Positions 53,485 to 64,000 of a DNA stretch of 64,000 nucleotides are shown here, piece by piece. Where the stretch lies: assembly GCF_004010195.1 (NCBI RefSeq), contig NC_057756.1, positions 4,021,232 to 4,085,231 of the forward strand, in the 5' to 3' direction. Each line of letters starts with the position of its first letter. Position 1 is the stretch's first letter. Source of the stretch: Chiloscyllium plagiosum (Eukaryota). The notes beneath the pieces were generated by a model. It worked only from the letters and a program-made list of their open reading frames with translations. It did no database searches and had not been told where the DNA came from. The position numbers were made by a program, and so were the translations under genes.

Positions 53485-54879
53485 GTCAGTACTTGATTTA
53501 TTTCTAGTATTCAAATGTATGTCAGCTCTGTGCGAAGTTTCAAAGCAAGAGTCAATGTTCACGCTATGTATCAACAGTTGTGAAGAGTCCATGTTTTCGT
53601 ACACAGACAACGTTCAGATCAGTTTATCAAATGAATTACTGTGCATCTTTTCCTCTTTCCCTGAAAAAAGCTGAACGTTTGTGAAAGGGATATTAATAAT
53701 ATTACAAGTCAGGAAAAAATGTTGCATCACCCAATTGGAATACATATCACAACTCTTCTGCATGCTTTACAATGATTCTGGAATGTACATTAGTCTTCAA
53801 TAAATCAAATAATGAACGAGGTCAATCTGCTTTTATCAAAATGGTGTTAATATAGCATCAATTTGCATTAGACGTCGTGTGGAAAGTGCATTTTCTTGTT
53901 AGTAGACAGGATTTTGGAGAGTAGTGCTTCTCTCTTTTTAATATGATTGTTTACTTGTGAGATCGCTTACTTGTGGACATCGCTTACTGGCCAATATATT
54001 TATTTCCCGCCATGAGTTGTACTTGAAGTTCTAACATTGGAGCACTTTTTTTAGATATATACTGTCCGTTTGGACCTCTCCAATTTGCTATTGCAATAGC
54101 GAGATTCGACTTAAAAGAGGGGATTTACAACATTGTTCGGGCTTAATATAAGCCTCCACTCTCATCTGTCATAACCTAATGGAAAACAATGTAAAATGTT
54201 ATTTCAGTTGTGAATTGTCCTTCCATTCACTGCTCAATGTCAATCAGTTTCGTTCTGCCAAGGTGTAACGTGATTAAGTTGTCAAGATTGGGGCTTTTTC
54301 TTTAGCTAACACACAATGGCAGAAAGGGTGTGATAGTTTCACACAGCCAGTGGTCGCAGCTGGACGTGAAGTACCACGTGGAGTCATAAGATCAGCTGAC
54401 ATTCACCAAGGGAACACCAATTAGGGAACTTCGTCCGGTTTCTCCAAAGGAGCAGTTCCGAACAGTTTACAACATGAATTCTAATGTGGGTCATGCTCAT
54501 AAACCCTTGTTTAGCTATAGTCCCAAATTGTTTTTCTGTGAAAGGTCGAGGAAACTACTTATCCTACAATATTTTGGACTATTTAGGTAATTGTAGAATC
54601 AGAACAGCAAATAGCAAATCAGTGTGACAAGGTTACTTACTTTCCTTGCACAAATGTATACATTTTCTAAAGGGCCTCAACTTATAAAGAGGAAGATAAT
54701 GTAACAAATGTTGTTAACACGACATCCAAATAAAACTTTGGTGAGGTTGTAAACAGAGAGGTTACGATTGAAAGAGATAAATAACAGAAACCTAAGTGCA
54801 GATAATTCGAACAAGTTCTTCTATCCAAACTTAAAGTGAAGCGTGACAAATGCAGATTGAAACATAAACAGTGAAGATA

Positions 54880-55110
54880 TTGGTATTCTTACTGTCTGTC
54901 CAACTCTTTGTCTCTCGCTTTGGGCTGTATTCCGACCTATCATTTACTGCTTACCCCTGTTCCCATCTTATCCTCTGCATATGAGCCAATATTTTCCAGG
55001 CTATCATCAGTTCTGAGTGAAGGTCACTGGACCTGAGTAGTTGACTGTCATTTCTCTCACAGATGTGGCCACAAATGAGGAGCTTTTCGAGTAATGACTC
55101 GTTTCGTTTT
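54880..55110 (+). mobile_element. Decayed Penelope-like 3' terminus with hammerhead remnant
   Basis: TTCTGAGTGAAGGTCACTGGACCTGAGTAGTTGACT at ~55011-55046 keeps stem II GGTC/GACC; the core is mutated. Confidence 0.5.
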
Positions 55111-56039
55111 TGCTTAACTGGATCTGCAATTGTTTCTTTTTTTTTGAATTGAGAAAAAGATAATGTCTTATCATCTTAAATGTGAAGCATGTTAAACTAT
55201 CACTGCGATTCCAACTTAGCTGCAGTCCAGGCCAACGTGTAATTCATGTTTCTATTAAAAAAAAACGAAAAAAGGAGAGAAAATTCGTGTCACTGTTTTG
55301 CTCTGCATAGAACTGACCAAAGCACATGCAATAGATAAGATCATATTGTAAAGTTCCACGATCAATTTGGATTGTACAATTGAGAGACAATGACAAAGTC
55401 TCTAATGAAGGAGATATAAGAATCATTGTTCCCATTTAATAACATTCTTTTTCGAATATAACACCATTGGCATAATTTTCTTCTGAGCGTGTAAACTCTT
55501 TTCAACATGCACGCAATTTATCAGACCACTGGCTGGGAATTGTGCAATATTATAACTTTTTCTAATGCAATAACAGTGTTCTCAGCCCGCAAATCACAGC
55601 AAAGTCATTTTGAGCAGCTATTTTCCACTGACACGACGGTATACATTTCAAACAGCATTCAAAATGATTCCAATCTCTGTCACCTTTTCTCTCCAGCATC
55701 TTAGAAATTCACTTTGTCCATTGTCTATGTTCAATTGCAGAAGTATGCACCTTATGGAAAGTTGACTCAACTCTTGGTTTTCAAGGCTGCGAATTTTCGA
55801 ACTGAATATCACGAAGTTTGAACTAATGACTTTCTCTACTTTTTCATGATTACATTTTCTTCGTCATTTCACAAACAAACACACACTGTTCCACACATAT
55901 ACATGCGTATATCTGTCAAGTTGAAGTTTCATGGAAGAAGATAATTAAATTAAGTCAATCCATTGAATCATTGACGAATATTTTATAATTTTCCACTTAA
56001 CAATTGCGAACTGGACTAATTGTATTCATTAATTCTCAG

Positions 56040-56066
56040 CTGCATTAGTGGATCAAAGTCGAAATG
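56040..56066 (+). CDS. Candidate 27-nt micro-exon, phase 1-1, (A)ALVDQSRN
   Basis: gactaat (branch-like) tgtattcattaattctcAG|CTGCATTAGTGGATCAAAGTCGAAATG|GTAATT. Confidence 0.5.
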
Positions 56067-57150
56067 GTAATTATGTTAACTCAGTGCAGTAATCTTTATG
56101 CAAATAAAATTGTTTGTGTGTGTGTGTTTGTGTTTAAATGGCTAACAACAAAATGTGGAATGAATTATGCGCGTGGTTTCCAAGGCCAATTCCAGGTTAC
56201 AACCGCTCCACAAACTAACAATTTGGAAGACCTGAGGAATGGTTTTGGGTCAATTAAAACCAATTATTTAATTTTGCAAACAGAACAGGCAAAAAAAAAA
56301 ACAACTCAAGTTTACAAATCAACCCTGGTATTGAATAGAATGAGTACTACCTTCCGAGTCAACTCAAGTTTGCTGTACTTAAATTCAAGGAAATGTGAGC
56401 CATTTTGTCCGTTTGACAACTAGTCCATTTTAATGAACCAAGCAATGAACGCAATGAGGATTTCCAATTAAAATTATAGTTATATAATCAGCTGCTCACG
56501 GATTGATTGCCTAATGCAACACTGCTTTCCATTTGTGTCATTGATGTGCACATAACATGAAAGGAGAGAGAAAATTATAGTGAAGTTATAATTAAATACC
56601 CTTCAAAACGTAGTGGACGGGAGAGAATGATGGCTCGAAGTGCAGCTCCATTTTAGCATTTCTTTTTTAAGTGCTGCATTTGATTTGCTCGATTCCTTGG
56701 AATAGTTTTTAAAGTTGTTGCATTTCTCTATAAGTGATCAAAACATGCAATTCCTAAAATGGAAGGAAACGAGCATGCAGGAACTTTCGGGAGAGCACGT
56801 GGGAGATTACAGAAGGGTCCAGAAAACATTAAAAATGCATTAGTTCGGCTTCACAGCAGATGTATAAGCAGGGAACGTTCACAGCTAGCTGAATGTGTGA
56901 TTACAAGCATTGCTGAAAATCGGAGTATCGTCCAGAAGAAGAAGTTAGCAATGAAATTGAGAGCTAACATTAAGGAGTCCCCATCATTAGGACTACTCAC
57001 AGTTGGGAGTGTCCGGATTTCATTCATTGGCTCAGTGTTGTTCATAATAGTTATAAAACCTAAAACAAATCCTGCTTTTATTTTTCGTAAAGCTATATTT
57101 GTGAGCTCGGAAAGTGCGTATTTTATCTTTTACTTGTTGTTTCATGAGAA

Positions 57151-57370
57151 GAAAGTGAGGACTCCAGCTGCTGGCGGTCAGAGTCAAAACTGTCGTGCTG
57201 GAAAACGACAGCCGATGAGACAGCTTCCGAGGAGCAGGAAAGACGACGATTTGAGCTACTTCTTCCTCACGAAGAGCTCATTCCTGAAGAAGAGCTAATG
57301 CTCGAAACGTCGACTCTCCTGCTCCTCAGTTTCAGCGTGACCGGTTTTGTTTTTCGAGCACCACACTTCT
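57151..57370. mobile_element. Head-to-head pair of short Penelope-tail elements (imperfect palindrome)
   Basis: 57151-57272 is the reverse complement of the 25670-25789 tail; 57279-57370 is a forward copy. Confidence 0.8.
57280..57315 (+). ncRNA. Minimal type-I hammerhead ribozyme, core intact, one stem I mismatch
   Basis: AUUC-CUGAAGA-A-GAGC(UAAU)GCUC-GAAAC-GUC-GACU. Confidence 0.7.
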
Positions 57371-57479
57371 TTTAACATTCTTGTGATTACTGTTTTCAAT
57401 CTAAAGTGTTTCTATTACTTTACCGTAGAGCATGTTCTTATAGCAGTAAGGTTGCGCTATTTCTGGGCGCTTAAGATTC

Positions 57480-60096
57480 ATGAGTAGAAATAGCCTTAAA
57501 TAGAGTGATGTAGTGATCCTGTTCGATGTGGGAGGTAAGGGAGAATTTCTATGTGCCTGATTATTACCTCTGCAGGAAGGGTGTTATGTTGTGAATTTTG
57601 TCAGAATACATGAATAGGTTGTAGTGCGATTGAGAGGATATTAGAGACAGAAGCTGGACAGTGTGATGGCTGGCAGCTTATGGAAGGCAGAAACACTGCA
57701 GATAAATTCTAGTAGTTATGTTGCTCATAGGAAATGGGGAAAGGTGGTCATACAGTGCAGGACTTTCCTGTGGCTATCCCCATCTCAAACAAGTATGATA
57801 TTTTGCAAAATATCAGGTTGATGGACTCTCAGGGGAACATTGCACTGACAGCTAGGTTTCTGGAATCAAGAGTGCTGTAATGTCGTGACGGGTATGTCTG
57901 GTTCCATGTGAATGATTGCGATGGAGAATCTCGAGTCAGGCGCACAGAACGGCATTTCTGTGTCTGCAGTATGACATCTGAATTGTGTGTTGCCACAGTC
58001 AAGGTTGCCTAACAGATGGCGTGCAACATTCTCAAAGGGGAGTTGACAAATAGGAGTTCGTTGTACACGTTCATGCCAATGAACTGTGAAGAGAATGGGA
58101 TGAGAGTCTGAACATAGTGAGCAACAAAGATAGTTAAAAAGAAAATTCACAAGGACAGGAACGCCGAGATTATTCTCTTTGCACTGTGCTGCAGACAGTA
58201 GCAAATGGAGTATAGATCAGATGAATGTGGAGCTGAGAAGGTGTAGTGGGGACAGGTATTGACACTTTTACAATTTTGGATTTTATTCATGTGCAGACGT
58301 GACCACTATAATGGAGACGGATAGCAGTTGAGTTGGAAGGAGATTGTTACCTTGGCAGAGAGATCTGCTGGTGCTATTTTGGGCCATAACACGATTAGAA
58401 AGACGATTGGGTGCCAAAGAGAAATTGAAAAAAGAGATAAGCTTGATGATGCTGCAATTGACAAGAGGAGCAAGTCAATTAATCAAGAAAAGCAACAACA
58501 AGGCAGAGCATTGCAATGTATTTATTTCATTGCCAGAGACCTGAAAAGTAAGGCAGATGAACTCAGGGCATGATTGAGAACATGAAGTTATGATGCAATA
58601 GCTGGTACAGCATTGTATCTCAGAGACGATAAGGTCTGGATATAGGGTGGGATATTTATCGGAGTAAACACAGTAAATTTAATTGTGTCGGATTAAAAAC
58701 AAAGAATGAACTTATCACATTCAGCTCCCTCCTCAGCAGGAAATTGAGAAGCAAATTTGTAATGAGATCTCAGATATCTCTCTACATGGTCGGGTAATAA
58801 CGGCAGGGCATTTTAAACTTTCAAACACAGAACAGGACTGCCATTGCTTTAAAGGATTGGTTGGGGAGGAATTTGTCAAGTGTGTAGAATATGTTTTTTT
58901 TAATTCAATATGTGAATGAAAATACCAGAGAAGCAGTAAAACTTGACCTGCTCTTGGAACATAAAGCAGGGTAAGTGAATGAGCTGGCAATGAGGGACAC
59001 TTGGGCCTCGTGATTAAAGTTCAAATATTTTTAGAATGATTGTGGAAAGAATGTACCTGAACTACAATTTAAAAGTTTAAATTGGACTGAGACTAATTTT
59101 GACGGTATTAGGCAAGAACTTTAAAAATTTGATCTTGAGAGGCTATCTGCAGTTAATGAAGCATTTGGAGAACTGGAGGCCTTCCGAAATTAGGCAGTGA
59201 AAGGACAAATACTGTATGTTCTCGATAGTGTGAAGAGGAAAGGCGGTATATGTAACAAATGCTCAATAACAAGAGAAATTAAACCTCTGGTCAAGAAAAA
59301 CACTGAGGCATATGGCAGATATAGATGGCGTGCATCGAGTGAATTCTATAAAAAGTGTAATGGCAATAAGAGTACACGAAAGAGGGAAAACCAAGATTGG
59401 AAGAAAGTGGATCGAGGGTAGTTTTGGCAAATAGGATTTAGTAGAATCCCTAGAGACTCGACAAAAAAAGGATAAAAGTGTAATTAGGACAAATATAGAA
59501 TCCGTTAAAGACCTCTGAGTGTGGATTTGCAGGAGATACTAATGGACTAAACGGGTATTTAGCGTCAGTATTTACTGTGAAGGATATGGAAGCCAGAGAA
59601 CGTGGAGAAATAAATCGTGATATCTTGAAAAATGTCCATATTGCAGAGGAAGTGGTGCTAGACGTCCTTACACGCATAAAGGTGGAAAAAAACCCGAACC
59701 TGATCAATTATATTTCAGACCTTTGAAAGCTAGTGGGGCCATTGCTGGGCCTTTTTTGCAACGTTTAGTTCTACGATAGACTCGGGTGTGGTTCTGGAAG
59801 ACGAGAGAATTGCTAGTGAGATGTCATTTTCAAAGAAAATTGATTAAAAAATAGGTAGGTTTTCCAAAGACCGGGAGCATGGCATCATGTGGTGGGTATG
59901 TCGTTGGAGGAGATGCTGAAACCATGTATTTGGAAAGACAAAAACGGATTAGGAATTGTCAAGAAAGCTTGTTGTGTGCGTAATTGAGCCGAACTAACTT
60001 GATTGACGTTTTGAAGAAATGACAAACAACATTAATCAAGCCAGTGTCATTGTCGACATGGAGAACTTAATTAAGGAGTTTACCAAAGTTCTATAC
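57480..60096 (+). mobile_element. CR1 LINE, 5' part (ORF1 relic, endonuclease, RT up to the KAFDKV motif), decayed
   Basis: SCSMWEVRENFYVPDYYLCRK (ORF1 zinc-finger relic), IPISNKYDIL and LQCIYFIARDLKSKADELRA (endonuclease). Ends at ATGGAGAACTTAATTAAGGAGTTTACCAAAGTTCTATAC. Confidence 0.85.
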
Positions 60097-60169
60097 TGGT
60101 TTGGGAAGGTTTGTAGCTCAGGTTGAGGTGTAGGGTGTAGGCTTGCTCGATGAGCTGCAGGTTTGATAT

Positions 60170-60209
60170 CCAGACGTTTCGTTACCTGGCTAGGTAACAT
60201 CATCAATGG
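60170..60209 (-). ncRNA. Minimal hammerhead ribozyme, U3 variant
   Basis: CCA-UUGAUGA-U-GUUACCU(AGCC)AGGUAAC-GAAAC-GUC-UGG. Confidence 0.7.
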
Positions 60210-60928
60210 TGACCTCCAAGTGAAGCGAAGCTGTTGTCTCCTGCTTTCTATTTATATGTTTGTTCTGGATGGGGTTCCAGGTGTTTGTGGTGATGTCATT
60301 TCCTGTTCGTTTTCTGAGGGGTTGATAGATGTTATCGAGATCTATGTGTTTGTTTATGGCGTTGTGGTTGGAGTGCCAGGCCTCTAGGAATTCTCTGGCA
60401 TGTCTTTGCTTAGCCTGTCCCAAGATAGATGTGTTGTCCCAGTCGAAATGGTGGTTTCTTCCTCCATGTGTAGGGATACGAGGGAGAGAGGGTCGTGTCT
60501 TTTTGTGGCTAGCTGGTGTTCGTCTATCCTGATGGCTAACTTTCTTCCTGTTTGTCCTACGTAGTGTTTCTGGCAGTCCTTACATGGAATTTTGTAGATG
60601 ACGTTGGTTTTGTCCATGGGATGTACTGGGTCATTTAAGTTTGTTAGTTTTTGTTTGAGCGTGTTGGTGGGTTTGTGTGCTACTAGGATTCTGAGGAGTC
60701 TTACTCGTCTGGCTGTTATTTCTGAAACTTCTTTGATGTATGGTAAGGTGGTTAGGGTTTCTGGCTGTGTTTGGTTTGTTTGTCCTGGTTTGTTCTTGAG
60801 GAATCTGCGGACTGTATTTTTTGAGTACCCGTTCTTCTTGAATACGTTGTATAGGTGGTTCTGCTCTGTTTTCCGAAGCTCTTCTGAGCTGCAGATGTGG
60901 CTCATTGGAATAGTGTTCTGATATAGCT

Positions 60929-61861
60929 TCATCTGTGTGTGTTGGGATGGTTGTGGGTGTAGTTAAGTATTTGGTCAGTGTTTGTTGGTTTTCTGTGTAT
61001 GCAGGTTTGTAGTTCTCTGTTGTCCGTTCTTTCGATTGTAACGTCCCAGAATGCGAGTTTGTTGTTGGTTTCTTCCTCCTTGGTAAACGTTATGCCTGTG
61101 AGGGTGTTGTTGATGATGTTAAATTTCTCTCCTGTCTTGTTTCGTTTTGTGATGACAGAGGTGTCATCTACATAGCGGACCCAGATTTTTGGTTTGATGG
61201 TTGGTAGGGCTGTTTGTTGTAGTCTTTGCATTACTGCTTCTGCTATGAATCCTGATAGTGGAGATCCCATGGGTGTGCCGTTGGTTTGTTTGTAGATAAT
61301 GATGTTGAAGGTGAAGTGGGTGGTGAGGCACAGGTCCACTAGCTTCATGATGTTTTCGTTGGTAATGTTATTGATGGTGGTTGGGGTGTGTGTAATGGTC
61401 TCTTCTAAAAGTATGGTAAGTGTTTCCTTTGCCAGGTCAATATTGATGGAGGTGAACAGTGCTGTTACGTCGAATGAGATCATTGTTTCGTCTTCCTCGA
61501 TTTTGGTGTTTTTAATGATTTTTAGGAATAACTGGGTGGAGTGGATGGAGTGCTTTGACTCTTCTACTAGGTATTTCAATCTTGCGTGCAGTTCTTTGAC
61601 CAGTTTGTAAGTTGGTGTTCCGGGTTGTGAGACTATCGGTCTGTTGGGGTCTCCTGGTTTATGGATTTTTGGTAGTCCATAGAATCGTGGGGTGTTGGTC
61701 ATGTCTGATTTCATTTTTTGGAATTCCGTCTTGTTTAATTGTCTGGAATTGTGTAATTTTCTTAGGAGATACGTAATTTTAATTCCCAGTTGTGGGTTAG
61801 GCACTAGCGCCACCTGTTGGTAGGTGTTGGTGTCTGTGGGTAGTGCATTGGATTTCTCCAT
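60929..61861 (-). pseudogene. Penelope-like reverse transcriptase fragment, 310 aa open, 5'-truncated
   Basis: RT motifs as above; separated from the downstream endonuclease part by a stop/frameshift near 60930. Confidence 0.9.
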
Positions 61862-62078
61862 GCAATCCCTTCTGTTCAGGATGACTGTGAGCCAATCTTT
61901 GCCTTTAGGTAATGTAATGATGTTTTTGTCTTATGTGAGGTTATCTAGGGCTTTCTTTTCTTGTATGTTCAGTTTGTTTCCTTTCCTCTTTCGGCTCACA
62001 GTAGGTGCAACTGTCTGTCTGATCGTTTTGTGGTTCTGCTCGTTTCTTCCGTGAGTTTGATGTCCTTCAATGTGGTTT

Positions 62079-63556
62079 CTACCCGGAGCACCAACTTACA
62101 GACTGGCCGGAGAACTACACGCAAGACTGAAATACCTAGTAGAAGAGTCACAGCACTCCATCCATTCCACCCAGTATTTCCTAAAAATCATCAAAAACAC
62201 CAAAATAGCAGAAGACGAAATAATGATCTCATTCGACGTAACAGCACCTCTCAACTCCATCAACATCGACCTGGCAAAGGAAACACCTACCACACTTTGA
62301 GAAGAGACCATCACACACTCCAAACACCATTGATCACATTACCAACGAAAACATCACGAAGCTACTGGACCTGTGCCTCAGCAGCCGCTTCACCTTCAAT
62401 AACATAATCTACAAACAAACCAACGGCACACCCATGGGATCTACGCTATCAGGATTCATGGCAGAAGCGATAAAGCAAAGACTAGAACAAACAGCCCTAC
62501 CAATCATCAAACCAAAACTCTGGGTCCGCTACGTAGATGACACCTTTGTCATCACAAAACGAAACAAAACAGGAGAGAAATTTAAAATGGTCAACAACAC
62601 TCTCACAGGCATAACGTTTACCAAGGAGGAAGAAACCGAGAACAAACTCGCATTCTGGGACGTCACAGTCGAAAGAACGGACAATAGAGAACTACAAACC
62701 TGCACATAAAGAAAACCAACAAACACTGAACAAATACTTAACTACACCACAAAAACGAAGCTATATCAGAACACTATTCCAATGAGCCACATCACACTGC
62801 AGCATAGAGGAACTACGAAAAACAGCGGAGAACCACCTATACAATGTATTCAAGAAGAACGGATACTCAAAAAATACAGTCCGCAGATTCCTCAAGAACA
62901 AACCAGGACAAGCAGACCAAACACAGCCAGAAACCCTAACCACCTTAGCATACATCAAAGAAGTTTCACAAATGACAGCCAGACTACTAAGACCCCTCAG
63001 AATCCTAGTAGCATACAAACCCACCAACACTCTCAAACAAAAACTAACAAACTTAAATGACCCAGTACATCCCATGGACAAAACCAACATCATCTACAAA
63101 ATTCCATGCAAGGACTGCCAGAAAAACTACAAGGACAAACAAGAAGAAAGTTAGCCACCAGGATACGCGAACACCAGCTCGCCACAAAAAGACACGACCC
63201 TCTCTCCCTCGTAGCCCGACACACGGGGGAAGAAAACACGATTTCGACTGGGACAACACATCTATCCTGGGACAGGCTAAGCAAAGACATGCCAGAGAAT
63301 TCCTAGAGCCCTGGCATTCCAACCACAACGCCACAAACAACACATAATGTAGATACCATCTATCAACCCCTCAGAAAACGAACAGGAAATGACATCACCA
63401 CAAACCCCAGGAAACCCATCCAGGAGAAACATATAAATAGAAAGCAGGAGACAACAGCGTTGCTTCACTTGGAGGTCGCCATTGATGATGTTCTCTGGCC
63501 AGGGAATGAAACGTCTGGATATCAAACCTACAGCCCAGCGAGGACACCTACACCCT
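62079..63556 (+). mobile_element. Penelope-like retroelement, right arm of inverted pair (shorter 5' end, more disrupted)
   Basis: PGAPTYRLAGELHARLKYL, SFDVTA, MGSTLSG, LWVRYVDDTF and NIIYKIPCKDC; reverse-complement homolog of ~60130-61626. Confidence 0.95.
63479..63518 (+). ncRNA. Minimal hammerhead ribozyme, U3 variant
   Basis: CCA-UUGAUGA-U-GUUCUCU(GGCC)AGGGAAU-GAAAC-GUC-UGG. Confidence 0.65.
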
Positions 63557-64000
63557 AAAGTTGTATACGTATGATTGGTTAACTAGGATATATTAGATGG
63601 ATTCCAGGAAGAGGAACCATTAATATATAAAATTTGTTTGAATTTGGGAGACAGAGGGTGGAGGTAGACTGTTTTTTTAATTGATTGGAGACCCTTGGCA
63701 ACGCTGTGGTACAAGGATTGGTGATGGGTTCACAACTTTTTAGCATTCATACCAATGATCTGGACGTAAATATATGATGATTGTTTAGTAGGCTTTCAGA
63801 CAATACCAAAGTTTTCTGTGTCGAAGGCAGTGTAAAATGTCATCACAGAGTCCAATTTGACCGAGATCAAATGGGACGATGGGCTAAGAAGTGACAGATG
63901 GTGTTTAATTTAGGTAGATGCGAGGTATCGCATGTTGGCATTGCAAATCAGGGCAGGAATGAATGGTAGTGTCCTGGTGTCTATTGGCAAACAATGGCAC
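63557..64000 (+). mobile_element. CR1 LINE RT, continuation after the Penelope insertion (runs off window)
   Basis: AVVQGLVMGSQLFSIHTNDLD (from GVPQGSVLGPxLFxIxINDLD), FSDNTK and WAKK*QMVFNLGRCEVSHVG. Confidence 0.85.

Larger units (their letters stand above)
60097..62078 (-). mobile_element. Penelope-like retroelement (Penelope/Poseidon type), 5'-truncated, left arm of inverted pair
   Basis: ORF 60929-61861 has PRFYGLPKIHK, SFDVTALFT, YKQTNGTPMGSPLS and VRYVDDT (RT). ORF 60384-60932 has NVIYKIPCKDCQKHYVGQTGRKLAIRIDEH (GIY-YIG). Confidence 0.95.

Noticed and set aside
810..56066. Naming the micro-exon gene as butyrophilin, BG or triadin
   Set aside because: Only the exon architecture is similar. 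No Ig, transmembrane or B30.2 exon was found in the window and I do not recognise the peptide.
56759..57298. 179-aa ORF
   Set aside because: No recognisable domain; its 3' end runs into the inverted Penelope-tail repeat; probably a chance ORF.
1..64000. Prokaryotic systems (CRISPR arrays, operons, retrons, defence islands)
   Set aside because: No regularly spaced repeat-spacer array and no dense coding. All RT motifs belong to eukaryotic LINE, Penelope-like or Gypsy elements.

Overview
Eukaryotic, AT-rich, repeat-dense genomic DNA with one 500-N scaffold gap (3770-4269). The repeats (HE1-type tRNA SINEs, HER1/CR1 LINEs, Rex1/Babar-like LINE, Penelope-like elements, a Gypsy relic) point to an elasmobranch (shark) genome; this is inferred from recalled repeat families, not from a search. 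Almost every ORF in the supplied track is a decayed retroelement fragment or noise. Three things stand out. (1) About 14 tiny + strand exon candidates (15-54 nt) are scattered over 55 kb. All have AG/GT boundaries, are multiples of 3, are phase 1-1, and splice into one stop-free, charged, helical/coiled-coil-like peptide, so the window probably lies inside a micro-exon-built host gene that the ORF track cannot see. (2) A 3.5-kb head-to-head (palindromic) Penelope-like retroelement pair, bounded by one 12-bp target duplication, interrupts a CR1 LINE. (3) Several minimal type-I hammerhead ribozymes sit in Penelope-related termini and short non-autonomous elements, with compensatory stem changes between copies. 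Repeat boundaries are approximate and read by eye; no expression or homology data were available.
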